Counted from the stretch's first letter, positions 19,398 through 35,225 are shown. The stretch: 64,000 nucleotides of DNA from Myxococcota bacterium (GCA_036229005.1 JAZAMN010000073.1:1-64000); one strand, 5' to 3'. Translations and numbers: made by a program. The notes: generated from the sequence alone by a model not told the origin.

Positions 19398-22300
19398 TCA
19401 GCGCCGCCGACGCAGCGCGCCCAGCCCCACCAGCGCGAGCACGAACGCGAAGCCGCCGCCGCCGCCGTAGCCCGACTCCTTGCGGTTGCAGCCACGGCCG
19501 CAGCCCTCCTCCACCGGCCCGGCCTGCGCCATGAGCGCCGTGCCCATGTTCCCGGTGTTCGCCGCGTCGTGGTGCAGGCTCTGCCACTGCACCTCCTGGT
19601 CCGCGCGCCCCTCGGTGCTCCAGGCAAAGAGGTAGCCCTCGCGCGTCCCGACCACGACGTCCATGTACCCGTCGCCGTCGATGTCCCCGACCGCGGGGCT
19701 GCCCATCACCCAGCCGCCGGTGAACTTGGGCCAGCCCGCGGGCTCGTTGCCCTGGTGGTCCCAGGCGTAGACCATGTAGCCGGCGCTGCCGTAAATGGCC
19801 TCGGGCGCCCCGTCCCCGCTCAGGTCGGCGATGGCCGGCGCCACCAGGAACTGGAAGTCCTCGATCTGCCGGGGGAAGCCCTCCAGAGCCACGCCGTCTG
19901 CGCCGGACCAGCCTCCCACAGCGAACTGGTGGGTGTCGATGACCTGGGTGAGCACCAGGCTGGCCAGCGCGTTCAGGCCGGCGGCGCCCACCACCAGATC
20001 CGGGGTGCCGTCGCCGTCCAGGTCGCCCAGCGCTGGGTTGCCGGACAGCCCAACGAAGCTGGGCTCGTCCAGGTTCGAGCCCGCCCCGTAGCTGGAGATG
20101 AAGGTGTCGGGCTCCAGGTGGGAGCTGCCGTCGCCCTGCAGGACACGGGGCTTGCCGAGCACCACCATGTCCACGATCTCGTCGTCCCCGTCCCCGTCAA
20201 AGTCCGCCAGCGCGTTGCTGGCGGGGTGGCCCGTGCCGATCAGCGGGAGCAGAGCCGCGGTGTTGGAGATGCCCAGCCCCACCACCTGGATGGGCCAGCC
20301 AGGCAGCGCCTGCAGGGTCTGCGCGTCCAGGGCGAAGGTCACGCTGTACTTGCCGTCGTCCAGCGTCTCGTTGGTGCCGACGACAAGGTCGGAGTCCCCG
20401 TCGCCATCCACGTCCCCCACCGAGACGCTCGCCACGATGCGTCGGGCGTGCACCCCACAGTTGTCCGGGTGGCAGAGGGTCACTGGCGAGCCCCCGTAGA
20501 CGCTGCCGTCGTGGTGCCAGATGTAGAGCTTGGAGTCTGCGCCACCGACCACGATCTCCAGGTCGCTGTCGCCGTCCAGATCCACCAGCGTCGGCGCCCC
20601 GGCGAAGCCCTCGTCCAGGGTGACCTCCCGGTTCAGCACCCCGGGGTCCACCCCGTCGCTGCGCACCGGGAAGCCATCCACCAGGCTGCCATCCGCGTGC
20701 CAGGCGTAGACCCGCCCCTCCAGCGTCGCGCCCACGACCTCGGGGCTGCCGTCGCCATCCAGGTCCCCAGCCCCGAGCGCCGCCAGGAAGCCGTCGCCGG
20801 TCTCAGCGTCCAGCGCGCCGCTGGTGTAGGCCGCCGCGGTCTCGTGCTCGGCCACGTCGTCGTCGATGTCGGTGTAGACCGGCCAGCCCGCCAGGATCTC
20901 GCCCTGGCCGGTGATGGCGTGCACCTCGCCGTTGGCGTTGCCCAGCACGATCTCGAAGACGGCGTCGCCGTCCAGGTCCACCAGGATGGGCGACGACTCG
21001 CCGCTGATGCCGAAGTGCAGCGGGAAGCCCGGGAGCAGGGTCGAGTCTTCGTACACAAAGATGGTGCGCCGCGCCTCGCTCTCGGTCCCGAGCCCATTGT
21101 CGACCCGGAGCCTCAGGGTGATCGCCGGTGCATGCACCCGCTCCACGCGCTCCACAGCCGCCTCTCCTCCCCCCGCTCCCGGGACGCTCTCGACGGAGAT
21201 CCCGCTCAAGGGCAGGGTGAGCTCCGCGCCCTCGGTGCCGCCCGAGCCCAGGGTGTTCCAGGTCTCGGGCTCCAGGCCCTGCCCCCACTCCAGGGTCCAG
21301 CTCTGGCCGTCGTGCTCCACGGTGAAGCTGGGGTCGGCGTCGCGGCCCTTGTAGAACACGTCGAACCACTCGGGGCCCTGGATGACGGCCTCGGCGGGCA
21401 GCTCCCCGGACCAGAGGACCTCGACGGCGTTGCCCACGTTCACACGCCCGTGCCCAAAGAAGGCGTCCCAGCCCTCATCGGAGGGGTAGGTGCCGGCCTT
21501 CTCCAGCTCCTCGGCGCTCAGGTGGACGTCGTCCGTGGTGGTTTGGAGCAGAGCCCGCACCTGGGCCGGGGTGAGCCGATGGCCCAGCTCCTCGACCGCG
21601 GCGGACTGCAGCAGCGCGACGGCCCCGGCGGTGTTCGCGGTGGCGCCGGTCGCGCAGTCGCTGGTGCCGGACACAAAGTCCAGGCGGGGGCCGAAGTTGT
21701 TGCAGCCGAAGAAGTTCATGAAGGAGTAGGTGTCCTCCACGCCGCTCCCTTCCTCGCGCACGCTGATGACCACGATGGCGTCGTGGATCATGGCCGGCAG
21801 GTTGTGGTGGTAGGAGTTCTCGTCCGCAGCGGCCACGACCACCACGCTCCCCTGCTGGGTCGCGTAGGCCATCGCGTCGACGGTGTACTGGGGGTTGCTC
21901 AGCGCGCCCATGGCCATGGCGATCGAGGCGGCGCCCATGTCGGTCGCGTAGGCGATGCCCTGTCCAGCCCTCAAGCCGTCGGTGATGAAGCTGTCGCCCG
22001 TGCGCACCGGGATGATGGAGCAGCTCGGGCAGACGCCGATGGTGCCGCCGTTGTCGCCCTCGCCCGCCGCGTCCCGGGCCACGCCGCTGCCGTGGGTGCC
22101 GTAGCCGTCGTCCCAGTCGGAGAAGGGGTCGTTGTCGCCCTGGAAGAAGTCCCAGCCCGCGATGTCGTCCACGTAGCCGTTCCCGTCGTCGTCCAGGCCG
22201 TCCGAGAAGGTGTAGATCAGGTCGCTGGGGTCCAGCACGCTGTCCGCCCGGTCCCGCCCCGCGTCGATGCTCACCCGGGGGTCGTCCGCGTAGTCCAGCA

Positions 22301-22682
22301 CGTTCACGATGCCGTTCCCGTCGGCGTCGTAGTCCAGCTCATTGCCGGCGGCGTCCTGGGGCGGCGGCAGCTCGGCGGTGTTCAGGCGCACCTTGTTGCG
22401 CAGGTCGGAGTGGTCCCACAGGATGCCGGAGTCCAGCACCGCCACGCTCTGGTCCCACTGGCCGGTGGTCTGCACCCACACGCGGTCCGCGCCGATGCCC
22501 GAGCCCAGCTCCACCTCGATGGGACGCAGCGTCTCTTCGCTCCCCGCGGGCACCCAGGAGTAGAGTCGCCACTCACCGGCGAGCTCGCTGGGGCAGGCCG
22601 ACTGGTTGTCCTGAGCGCAGTCCGGCACCGGAGCCAGCGGCACAGTGGCGGAAGCGTTCGCGAGGAAGAGCAGAAAGGACAT
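19398..22682 (-). CDS. S8 subtilase-like protein with FG-GAP repeats and a MYXO-CTERM-like anchor
   Basis: VAVLDSG, DDDGNGYVDDIAGWDF, THGSGVA; many DLDGDG repeats; C-terminus GCGRGC...FAFVLALVGLGALRRRR. Confidence 0.9.
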   Translation of the reverse strand: MSFLLFLANASATVPLAPVPDCAQDNQSACPSELAGEWRLYSWVPAGSEETLRPIEVELGSGIGADRVWVQTTGQWDQSVAVLDSGILWDHSDLRNKVRLNTAELPPPQDAAGNELDYDADGNGIVNVLDYADDPRVSIDAGRDRADSVLDPSDLIYTFSDGLDDDGNGYVDDIAGWDFFQGDNDPFSDWDDGYGTHGSGVARDAAGEGDNGGTIGVCPSCSIIPVRTGDSFITDGLRAGQGIAYATDMGAASIAMAMGALSNPQYTVDAMAYATQQGSVVVVAAADENSYHHNLPAMIHDAIVVISVREEGSGVEDTYSFMNFFGCNNFGPRLDFVSGTSDCATGATANTAGAVALLQSAAVEELGHRLTPAQVRALLQTTTDDVHLSAEELEKAGTYPSDEGWDAFFGHGRVNVGNAVEVLWSGELPAEAVIQGPEWFDVFYKGRDADPSFTVEHDGQSWTLEWGQGLEPETWNTLGSGGTEGAELTLPLSGISVESVPGAGGGEAAVERVERVHAPAITLRLRVDNGLGTESEARRTIFVYEDSTLLPGFPLHFGISGESSPILVDLDGDAVFEIVLGNANGEVHAITGQGEILAGWPVYTDIDDDVAEHETAAAYTSGALDAETGDGFLAALGAGDLDGDGSPEVVGATLEGRVYAWHADGSLVDGFPVRSDGVDPGVLNREVTLDEGFAGAPTLVDLDGDSDLEIVVGGADSKLYIWHHDGSVYGGSPVTLCHPDNCGVHARRIVASVSVGDVDGDGDSDLVVGTNETLDDGKYSVTFALDAQTLQALPGWPIQVVGLGISNTAALLPLIGTGHPASNALADFDGDGDDEIVDMVVLGKPRVLQGDGSSHLEPDTFISSYGAGSNLDEPSFVGLSGNPALGDLDGDGTPDLVVGAAGLNALASLVLTQVIDTHQFAVGGWSGADGVALEGFPRQIEDFQFLVAPAIADLSGDGAPEAIYGSAGYMVYAWDHQGNEPAGWPKFTGGWVMGSPAVGDIDGDGYMDVVVGTREGYLFAWSTEGRADQEVQWQSLHHDAANTGNMGTALMAQAGPVEEGCGRGCNRKESGYGGGGGFAFVLALVGLGALRRRR

Positions 22683-22751
22683 GATGACCCCGGGTCAGTG
22701 CGGCAGCAGGATAGTCCCCAGAAGCACCCTCTGCACAGCTTCGGAGGTCAC

Positions 22752-23240
22752 TTGAAGCTCCACGTCCGCCACACCTTCCCCAGCACCGTCGAGCGCCTGT
22801 GGGAGCTCGTCCTGGACGACGCCTACCAGGACGAGGTCGACCGCCGCGCGAACATCAGCCGCGAGCTGCTGGAGGAGCGCCGGACCCGCAACGAGCTGAT
22901 CCGCAAGGTGCGCTTCACAGCGCAGCGCAAGCTGCCCGCCGCCATCGCCCGCGCAGTGGACAGCGATCGCTTCTCCTACGTGCAGGAGCAGCGCTGGAAG
23001 CTGGACGAGCACCGCATGGTCTGGAGCGTCGTGCCCGACGTGATGGCGGACCGGATCCGCTCCAAGGGGGACTTCCGCCTCACCCAGCTCGGCCCCGATC
23101 AGGTGGAGCGGCTGGTCACCGGCGAGGTCAAGGCCACCCTCCCCCTGATCGGCGAGCGGGTCGCCAAGGCCATCGTCGGCGACATCGTCAGCGGCTACGA
23201 GCGCACCGCCGACCTGACCCGGGAGTGGCTCGCGCGATGA
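22752..23240 (+). CDS. DUF2505 / START-fold-like protein
   Basis: GGAGG RBS plus TTG 22752; LHVRHTFPSTVERLW...GEVKATLPLIGERVAKAI. Confidence 0.8.
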   Translation: MKLHVRHTFPSTVERLWELVLDDAYQDEVDRRANISRELLEERRTRNELIRKVRFTAQRKLPAAIARAVDSDRFSYVQEQRWKLDEHRMVWSVVPDVMADRIRSKGDFRLTQLGPDQVERLVTGEVKATLPLIGERVAKAIVGDIVSGYERTADLTREWLAR

Positions 23241-23965
23241 AGCTGGCGGCCGTCCAGTACTGCCCGCCCCACGGTCGCCCCGCCCAGGCCCGCCGGGAGC
23301 TGCGGGAGCTCATCCTGCGCGCGGAGGGCGCGGACCTCGTGGTCTGCCCGGAGATGGCCATCAGCGGCTACATCTTCGACAGCGCCGAGCAGATCGCCCC
23401 CTTCTGCGAGCCCGCCGCCGGAGACACCTTCGCCATGCTCCGGGACTGCGCGCAGCGCCTGGGCGCCTGGGTGGTGTGCGGCATCGCCGAGCGGGGCAGC
23501 GACGGCCTCTACAACAGCGCCCTCACCGTCAGCCCCCAGGGCCAACTGGTCCACTGCTACCGCAAGGTCTTCCTCTACGACCTGGACCAGACCTGGGCGC
23601 GCCCCGGCCAGGAGCGCCCGCTGATCCTCACGGAGTCCCTGGGCACCCTCTCCCCGGGCATCTGCATGGACCTGAACGACGACCGCTTCGGCCTGCACCT
23701 GCTCCAGAACCGCCCGGACGTCGTCCCCTTCTGCACCAACTGGGTCGACGAGGGCCTGAACATCCTCCCCTACTGGCGCATGCGCCTGCTGGGCTGGCAG
23801 GGCTGGCTCGTCGTCGCCGACCGCTGGGGTCAGGAGCGGGACGTGCGCTTCTACGGCCGCAGCGCGGTGCTCGGGCCCCGCGGACAGGTCTTCGGACCGC
23901 TCCCCGCAGAGGGTGACGGTGTCCTCGTCGTCGACACCGAGTCCCGCCGAGTGGAGCAGCGGTGA
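23237..23965 (+). CDS. Carbon-nitrogen hydrolase (nitrilase superfamily), Nta1-like
   Basis: E-K-C triad in CPEMAISGY, YRKVFLY, GICMDLN; ATGA overlap with the upstream gene. Confidence 0.9.
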   Translation: MKLAAVQYCPPHGRPAQARRELRELILRAEGADLVVCPEMAISGYIFDSAEQIAPFCEPAAGDTFAMLRDCAQRLGAWVVCGIAERGSDGLYNSALTVSPQGQLVHCYRKVFLYDLDQTWARPGQERPLILTESLGTLSPGICMDLNDDRFGLHLLQNRPDVVPFCTNWVDEGLNILPYWRMRLLGWQGWLVVADRWGQERDVRFYGRSAVLGPRGQVFGPLPAEGDGVLVVDTESRRVEQR

Positions 23966-25713
23966 ACAACCCCGTGGAGGTGTGGCTCAGAGAGCTCAAG
24001 GCGGCCCCTGGCTCCCTCCCTCTGGCGGCCCTCTCGGCGCTCCTGTCCCTGCTTGCGGTGGCCTTCTGGTGGCAGACCGCCCTGGGCACCGCGGCAGCCC
24101 GCCTCGCCGCGCTCCAGCCCATCGAGCCCTACGGCTTCGCCGTCTACCACCAGATCGTCCACAACCTCGCGCTGCACGACAGCTTCGCCCAGACCATCCA
24201 CACCGGGTACGACCCCACCTGGACCTGGTCGGGGCACCGCGCGCCCATCCTCTTCCCCGTCGCCTGGCTCTACAGCCTCGCCCCCAGCGGCCAGCAGCTC
24301 ATGAACCTCCAGGTCACCGGCGTCGCCCTCGGCGCCATCCCCGCCATGGGCCTGGGTCGACAAGCCCTGCGTCACCCCCTGGGCTGGATGCTCGGCGCCG
24401 CGCTCTACCTGGGCTGCGGCCCCACCCTCGCCATGGCTCTGCAGGACTACCAGGACCTCGTGTTCGCCCTCCCGGCGCTGGTCCTCTTCGCCTGGAGCCT
24501 CGGCAAGCAGGACCCCGCCTGGCTGGTCCTGGGCGTCCTCGCCGCCATCCTCCCCCGCGAGGAGACGCTCCCCATCGCCGTCGCCCTCGCCGTGCTGCTC
24601 CCCCCCTTCGACGACCGCGGCGCCCTCAAGCCCCGCCGCTGGCTCGGCAACGTCGCGTTCACCGCCCTGAGCGTCGGCGCCTACGCCCTCTGGAGCCAGT
24701 GGGCCTTCCCCGCCGAGCAGACCGGCTACAACATGCCCATGGTCAACGCCGTCGGCGGCCTGGGGGGCGGCTCCAGCGAGATCACCCTTCACGGCTACCT
24801 GGCCCGCGACGACTTCTACGCCGACATGCTGCACCCGGGCGGCTGGACCGGCCTGCTCGCCCCCGGCCCTCTCCTCCTGGGCCTCGCCCTCAGCCTCTTC
24901 CACATGGCCCTCCCCCTGGGACAGGGCATCGACCGCGCCTGGTCCGGCCACGCCCACCACCTGGCCCCCGCCGTCGCGCTCTTCGTCATCGCCGCCATCC
25001 GCGGAGCCGGCCGCCTCGTCCTCCTCCCCGAGCGCCTGTCCGTCTCCAGGCGCCTGCAGTGGGGGGTCGAGGGGCTGCTGCTCGCCCTCGTGCTGGCCGT
25101 CTCCACCACCTCCGCACTCTCCTTCGCCCGCGCACAGAACGTCCTCTGGGCGCCAGCGAGGCCACACTGGGTGCACCCGGGCTGGGCGCTTGCCCGGCAG
25201 ATCCCCGCGGACGCCGTGCCCATCACCACCACCGACCTCGCCCCCCTCGTCTCGGACCGCGCGGTGGCCTATACCGCGAACGACTCCCTGGAGGACAAGG
25301 CCCCCGGCCGAGGCCTTGGCGTCGGGACGCACGCCTTGTTCCACCGGGACGATGCACAGATCCGCCAGCGCGTCCTGGCCATGCCCGGCGCCACCCTGGT
25401 CGCCGAGTCTGCGCCCTTCATGCTCTACACCTGGGACCGCGGCGCCCGGGACCCCGCCGGCAGCTTCCCCCGCGAGGAGGGCTTCCACCGCCCCCCGCCC
25501 TTCCTGGGCCCCTACAGCCTCGCCGAGGAGATCCCCGGCATCGCGCCCTACCAGGACACCCTCCAGTGGCACCAGGGCGAGCACCCGCCCGCCATCGTCA
25601 TCCCCTGGCTGGACGGCAAGGCGCCCCCCGCAGCGCCCCTGGAGGGCGGCCCCGGAGCCCCGCCGCAGAGCCCCCAGAGAAGCCCGATGCCAGCGCCCCA
25701 TTCCCCGCGTTGA
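23962..25713 (+). CDS. DUF2079-like polytopic membrane protein (GT-C-like)
   Basis: AVYHQIVHN, GHRAPIL, LQVTGVALGAIP, REE motif, multiple TM segments; GTGA overlap. Confidence 0.7.
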   Translation: MNNPVEVWLRELKAAPGSLPLAALSALLSLLAVAFWWQTALGTAAARLAALQPIEPYGFAVYHQIVHNLALHDSFAQTIHTGYDPTWTWSGHRAPILFPVAWLYSLAPSGQQLMNLQVTGVALGAIPAMGLGRQALRHPLGWMLGAALYLGCGPTLAMALQDYQDLVFALPALVLFAWSLGKQDPAWLVLGVLAAILPREETLPIAVALAVLLPPFDDRGALKPRRWLGNVAFTALSVGAYALWSQWAFPAEQTGYNMPMVNAVGGLGGGSSEITLHGYLARDDFYADMLHPGGWTGLLAPGPLLLGLALSLFHMALPLGQGIDRAWSGHAHHLAPAVALFVIAAIRGAGRLVLLPERLSVSRRLQWGVEGLLLALVLAVSTTSALSFARAQNVLWAPARPHWVHPGWALARQIPADAVPITTTDLAPLVSDRAVAYTANDSLEDKAPGRGLGVGTHALFHRDDAQIRQRVLAMPGATLVAESAPFMLYTWDRGARDPAGSFPREEGFHRPPPFLGPYSLAEEIPGIAPYQDTLQWHQGEHPPAIVIPWLDGKAPPAAPLEGGPGAPPQSPQRSPMPAPHSPR

Positions 25714-25768
25714 ACGCCTGCGGGATCGCCCCATCGACATGAACAGGCATTCAGGGTAAGGCCTGCTC

Positions 25769-31459
<5,691 letters not shown>

Positions 31460-31472
31460 GGGGGCTCCTCGC

Positions 31473-32951
31473 TCAGCCGCCCAGGCCGAAGCGGCGGCTG
31501 ATGAAGGCCCAGGTGCTGACCACGTCTCCGGTGTCGAACACCCCGGTCTCCGGGTTGTCCGGCTGGTCCTGGGGCAGGCCCATGCCGTAGATCACCGCGC
31601 CGCCGATGCGCCAGTGCTCCCCCACCGGGAGGGAGCCGCGCGCGCCGACCGCGAGGTGCCAGGGGAAGAGGTAGCCCGCCGTGAGCTGGGCCTGGGGGAC
31701 GCCCACCGAGAGGTAGGGGTGGGTGCGCAGACGCAGGGTGCCATCTCCGCTGGCCAGGGTGTTGTCCGCCCCGACCGGGATGCCCAGGTCCACGCCAGCG
31801 CCCAGGGAGAGCGGACCGGTGCGCACGCTCAAGTTGGCACCCAGCACGGGCAGCGCGGCGTTGACCGTGGCCTTGGTCGCCGGGGCGGTCAGCGGCTTGC
31901 TCAGGTACCAGTCGCCGTCGTACATCCAGCCCATTCCGGCGGAGAGGTCAAAGGCCACCCGGGCGTCCTCATCGCCGCTGCTGCGGTCCGGTACCAGCAC
32001 CAGCGAGCTCCCCTCCAGCACATAGAGCAGCGGCCCCCGGCGCCCCGGGACGATGACGTGCATCGGCTGCTTGGAGGCCCCCATGAGCGCCTGGACCAGC
32101 CGGTCCTCCAGCGCGACGGCCTGGGGCTCCTCACTCAGCGCCGAGGCCAGCCGGTCAAAATCGCTCATCATGGCCGGGACCTCGACCAGCCACTCCTCTT
32201 CGGCCTCCAGGCGCCGCTCTCCGCGGGCGATGAGCTCCTCCTCCAGCACCACCTGCACAAAGTGCCGCCCAGGCGCCACAGAGGCTCCCAGCGCCGTGGG
32301 CTGAGGCGCGCCGCCGTCCACGGAGACCTGGGCGCCCGGAGGAGCCCCGACCACCCGCAGAGTCGCCTTGGGCGCGAGCTGGATCTCCGCCCGCACCGAG
32401 TCGTAGGCGATGCGCTCGGGCTCTTCAGGGATCTCCGCCGCGGTGATCTTGCGGTCCGGCTGCAGGCCCGCGGCGTCCACCCAGGCCTTGGGGACCACCT
32501 TGCCGTGCAGCTCCGTCCGGTAGGGGGCCGCGGCGGGGTCGGTGGCCAGGGTGTCCTGGAAGTAGCGCTGCACCGCGAAGCCCTCGTAGAGCAGCGCCTT
32601 GTAGACCAGCTCCCGGTCGGCCTCGTCCCGCAGGGTGTGGACCTCGGCGGTGGCCGCCTTGAGGCGGCTCATGATGGCCAGCTCGCCGTCGAACTCCTCG
32701 ACCAGCGGCCGCACGGCCTCGAACTCCGAGCTCAGGCGCTCCAGCGCGGCCTCGTCCGCCTCGCTCACGCCAGTGACCGGGACGACCTGCTCGACCGGCA
32801 CCCGCTTGAGGCTGGGGTGCAGCGTGGGGTCCGAGTCCATGCCCAGGAACACGACCGAGCCCTGCCGGGCCTTGGCCTCGACCGCAGTCACCTCCGCGTC
32901 CTGGGCGACGGCGAGGGGTGCGGAGAGCGCGAGCAACATCATCAGCGGCAT
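31473..32951 (-). CDS. Secreted or outer-membrane hypothetical protein with a PEGA-like segment
   Basis: Signal peptide ending AVA|Q; LRVVGAPPGAQVSVDG...PGRHFV; alternating beta-strand C-terminus; overlaps the kinase stop. Confidence 0.75.
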   Translation of the reverse strand: MPLMMLLALSAPLAVAQDAEVTAVEAKARQGSVVFLGMDSDPTLHPSLKRVPVEQVVPVTGVSEADEAALERLSSEFEAVRPLVEEFDGELAIMSRLKAATAEVHTLRDEADRELVYKALLYEGFAVQRYFQDTLATDPAAAPYRTELHGKVVPKAWVDAAGLQPDRKITAAEIPEEPERIAYDSVRAEIQLAPKATLRVVGAPPGAQVSVDGGAPQPTALGASVAPGRHFVQVVLEEELIARGERRLEAEEEWLVEVPAMMSDFDRLASALSEEPQAVALEDRLVQALMGASKQPMHVIVPGRRGPLLYVLEGSSLVLVPDRSSGDEDARVAFDLSAGMGWMYDGDWYLSKPLTAPATKATVNAALPVLGANLSVRTGPLSLGAGVDLGIPVGADNTLASGDGTLRLRTHPYLSVGVPQAQLTAGYLFPWHLAVGARGSLPVGEHWRIGGAVIYGMGLPQDQPDNPETGVFDTGDVVSTWAFISRRFGLGG

Positions 32952-34726
32952 GAGAGCGCGCTCCCGTCGGGGGTACAGGTCACGCCCATTGGCTTGGTGA
33001 CCTCGATTGAACCAGAAAGCTCCGCGCCGTCCACCGTCGCCGACACGCTGCAGCGGCCGGCCGGCAAGTCCCGAAGCAGCGCAGAGCTGCTCCCCTTCCC
33101 CTTCACATCTCCGCAGCGCACCGAGACCGCGCTGGCCCCATCCACGCTGAACTTGGCCGAGCGCAGGCGCTCCACCTCCTCGGTGACCGCCTCGACCTCA
33201 GCCGGGGCCTCCACCACCTCCGCCGGGGCCGTGCGCTCAACAGGCGCCGTGCGCTCAACCGGTGGGGTGCGCTCCACAGGCGGCTTTGGGGTCTCGAGCG
33301 GCTGCATGGCCTCGCTGGCTGCCGGGTCCACCTCCGAGCCCTCCTGGCCCGCCTCCACGGGGTCCCCCTCCTGGGCATCCACGAGGACAGGCTGCTCGCC
33401 TCCGGCCTCCTGGGTCTCAGCGGGGTCCTCGACCGGAAGCTGCTCGGTGGGCTCCGTCGGGGCCTCGATGCCCACCGGCTCCGGCTCCTGGCCCGAGTAC
33501 ACATAGGCGGCGCTGACTCCGACCAGCAACAGGATGCCAGCCACGATCCAGGGGATGCGGTTGGGCTCGCTGCCGGGTGCCTGGTCGCTCTCCACCGGCC
33601 CCGAAGATGCGCCGGCCTCCGGCCCCGTCGCGCCCTCGCTGTCAGCCGCGGGGGCACCGCCGACATCATCGAAGGCGTCGAACACCAGGGTGGGGTTGGA
33701 GTTGGAGGTGACCGCAGCCGCCTCAGAAATGGGGGTGCCGCTGGTGCTCAGGCCCTCTTCGGTCAGGGTCCCGCGCGCCGGCCGGGTCTTGTCGTCGAAC
33801 ACCTCGGGGATCCGAGGCAGCACCCGCTCGCAGAAGTCATGCAGGCGCTCCCCGCTCAGGCGCCGCCGAAGCTCCTTGAGCTCCTTGGCCATCTCTCCAG
33901 CGGTGGGGCGGTCGTCAGCCTGGTAGGCCAGGGTGCGCGCGATCAGGTCGGCGAGCGCCTGCACCGCCTCCTGGTCCTCCTGCTCCGAGAGCTCGGAGAC
34001 CACGCGCTCGTGGGCGGCCTTGATCTGCTCGGCGTGGCTCTCCGGGCGCAGCTCGATGCGGCCCAGCGCTTCCCGGGCGATCAGCTCGTAGAGCACGCAC
34101 CCGACAGCGAACACGTCCCCTGCACACACGTCCGGATCACCCAGCAGCCGCTCGGGCGACAGGTACCCCAGGCTGCCGTAGCGGATCGCCCCCGTCTTGG
34201 CCTCGCGCTCCGCGAAGTCGGCGCGCGCGATGCCGAAGTCCAGCACCTTGACGTCCCCGTTGGGGCTCAGGCGCACATTCGAGGGCTTGATGTCCCGGTG
34301 CACGACCTGCAGGGGCTCCCCGCTCTCCCCGGGGCTGGACCACGCGGCGTCCAACGCACTGGCCACCCCGTATGCGATCTCCACGCACGCCGGGGCGGAG
34401 AGCCGCGCATCGAGCGCGTCGTTCGCCTGCAGCAGCACCTCGAGGTCGTAGCCCTTGATGTGCTCCATGACGATGGCCCAGCGGCCGTCCAGGCGGAGCA
34501 GGTCGTCCACACGGACGATGTTGCGGTGCTGAAGTCGCCCCAGCAGGCGCGCCTCATCACGCAGGCGCTTGGAGGCGTCCGTGAAGTTGGAGAGCTCCGC
34601 GTTCAGGAGCTTGACGGCGACCTCCTTGCGGAAGCCACCCTGAGACTCCATCTCCGCCAGGTACACGGTGCCGAAGGCGCCGCTGCCCAGCTCGCGCATC
34701 AGCTTGAAGCGTCGACCGGCGTTCAC
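32942..34726 (-). CDS. Membrane Ser/Thr protein kinase
   Basis: LGSGAFGTV, VAVK, HRDIKPSN, DFG, YLSPE; one TM; Pro/Glu linker with PVERT repeats; small Cys-containing C-terminal domain; GTG 34726 lies just after the upstream stop. Confidence 0.95.
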   Translation of the reverse strand: MNAGRRFKLMRELGSGAFGTVYLAEMESQGGFRKEVAVKLLNAELSNFTDASKRLRDEARLLGRLQHRNIVRVDDLLRLDGRWAIVMEHIKGYDLEVLLQANDALDARLSAPACVEIAYGVASALDAAWSSPGESGEPLQVVHRDIKPSNVRLSPNGDVKVLDFGIARADFAEREAKTGAIRYGSLGYLSPERLLGDPDVCAGDVFAVGCVLYELIAREALGRIELRPESHAEQIKAAHERVVSELSEQEDQEAVQALADLIARTLAYQADDRPTAGEMAKELKELRRRLSGERLHDFCERVLPRIPEVFDDKTRPARGTLTEEGLSTSGTPISEAAAVTSNSNPTLVFDAFDDVGGAPAADSEGATGPEAGASSGPVESDQAPGSEPNRIPWIVAGILLLVGVSAAYVYSGQEPEPVGIEAPTEPTEQLPVEDPAETQEAGGEQPVLVDAQEGDPVEAGQEGSEVDPAASEAMQPLETPKPPVERTPPVERTAPVERTAPAEVVEAPAEVEAVTEEVERLRSAKFSVDGASAVSVRCGDVKGKGSSSALLRDLPAGRCSVSATVDGAELSGSIEVTKPMGVTCTPDGSALSCR

Positions 34727-34727
34727 C

Positions 34728-35225
34728 CTACTCTCCCGAGTCGTCGGTGCCAGCGTCACCCGTGTCGCCGCCTGACAGGTCCAGGCGGCTTCCGATGCAG
34801 TCCTCGGTGTCGGCGATGGTCAGCTCCGCGATGGCCTCGTCTTCGCCCTGAAGCTCCTCCGGCAGCGGGGAGTGGTCGTTCTGGGTGAGGTTGGCCTTGA
34901 TGGCTCCGCTCCCCTCAGCCATTGGCTCAGTCATGTCCAACACGTTGGAGTACACCGGGAAGTAGACGCTGTCGTCGCTGGCGTTGGGGTAGAAGTGCCA
35001 GTGTCCCTCGCCCTCCGCGTTCTCCGTGACCGGGCCCAGCATCACCATGTTCTCGACGGACACCACGAGCTGGAAGGTCGGGCAGATGGGACGGGTCTGG
35101 TCCTCCGCCGACATGTAGATGGGGTTCGGGAAGAGGATGTCGATGTTGGGCGCCGCCACCTCGTCGACCGGACCGACATAGGTGGGGGGAGCGCAAGCGA
35201 ACAGGGAGAGGATCAGGGTCGGCAT
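34728..35225 (-). CDS. Lipoprotein with GHWH and NDHSPL motifs (DUF4399-like, possibly metal-binding)
   Basis: MPTLILSLFAC; GEGHWHFY; LTQNDHSPL. Confidence 0.7.
   Translation of the reverse strand: MPTLILSLFACAPPTYVGPVDEVAAPNIDILFPNPIYMSAEDQTRPICPTFQLVVSVENMVMLGPVTENAEGEGHWHFYPNASDDSVYFPVYSNVLDMTEPMAEGSGAIKANLTQNDHSPLPEELQGEDEAIAELTIADTEDCIGSRLDLSGGDTGDAGTDDSGE

Noticed and set aside
19569..22751. Long N-terminal part of the 1223-aa ORF
   Set aside because: Shadow of the subtilase; only 22752-23240 has an RBS and protein-like sequence.
33223..33283. 18-bp PVERT tandem repeat in the kinase linker
   Set aside because: Ordinary in-frame low-complexity linker expansion.
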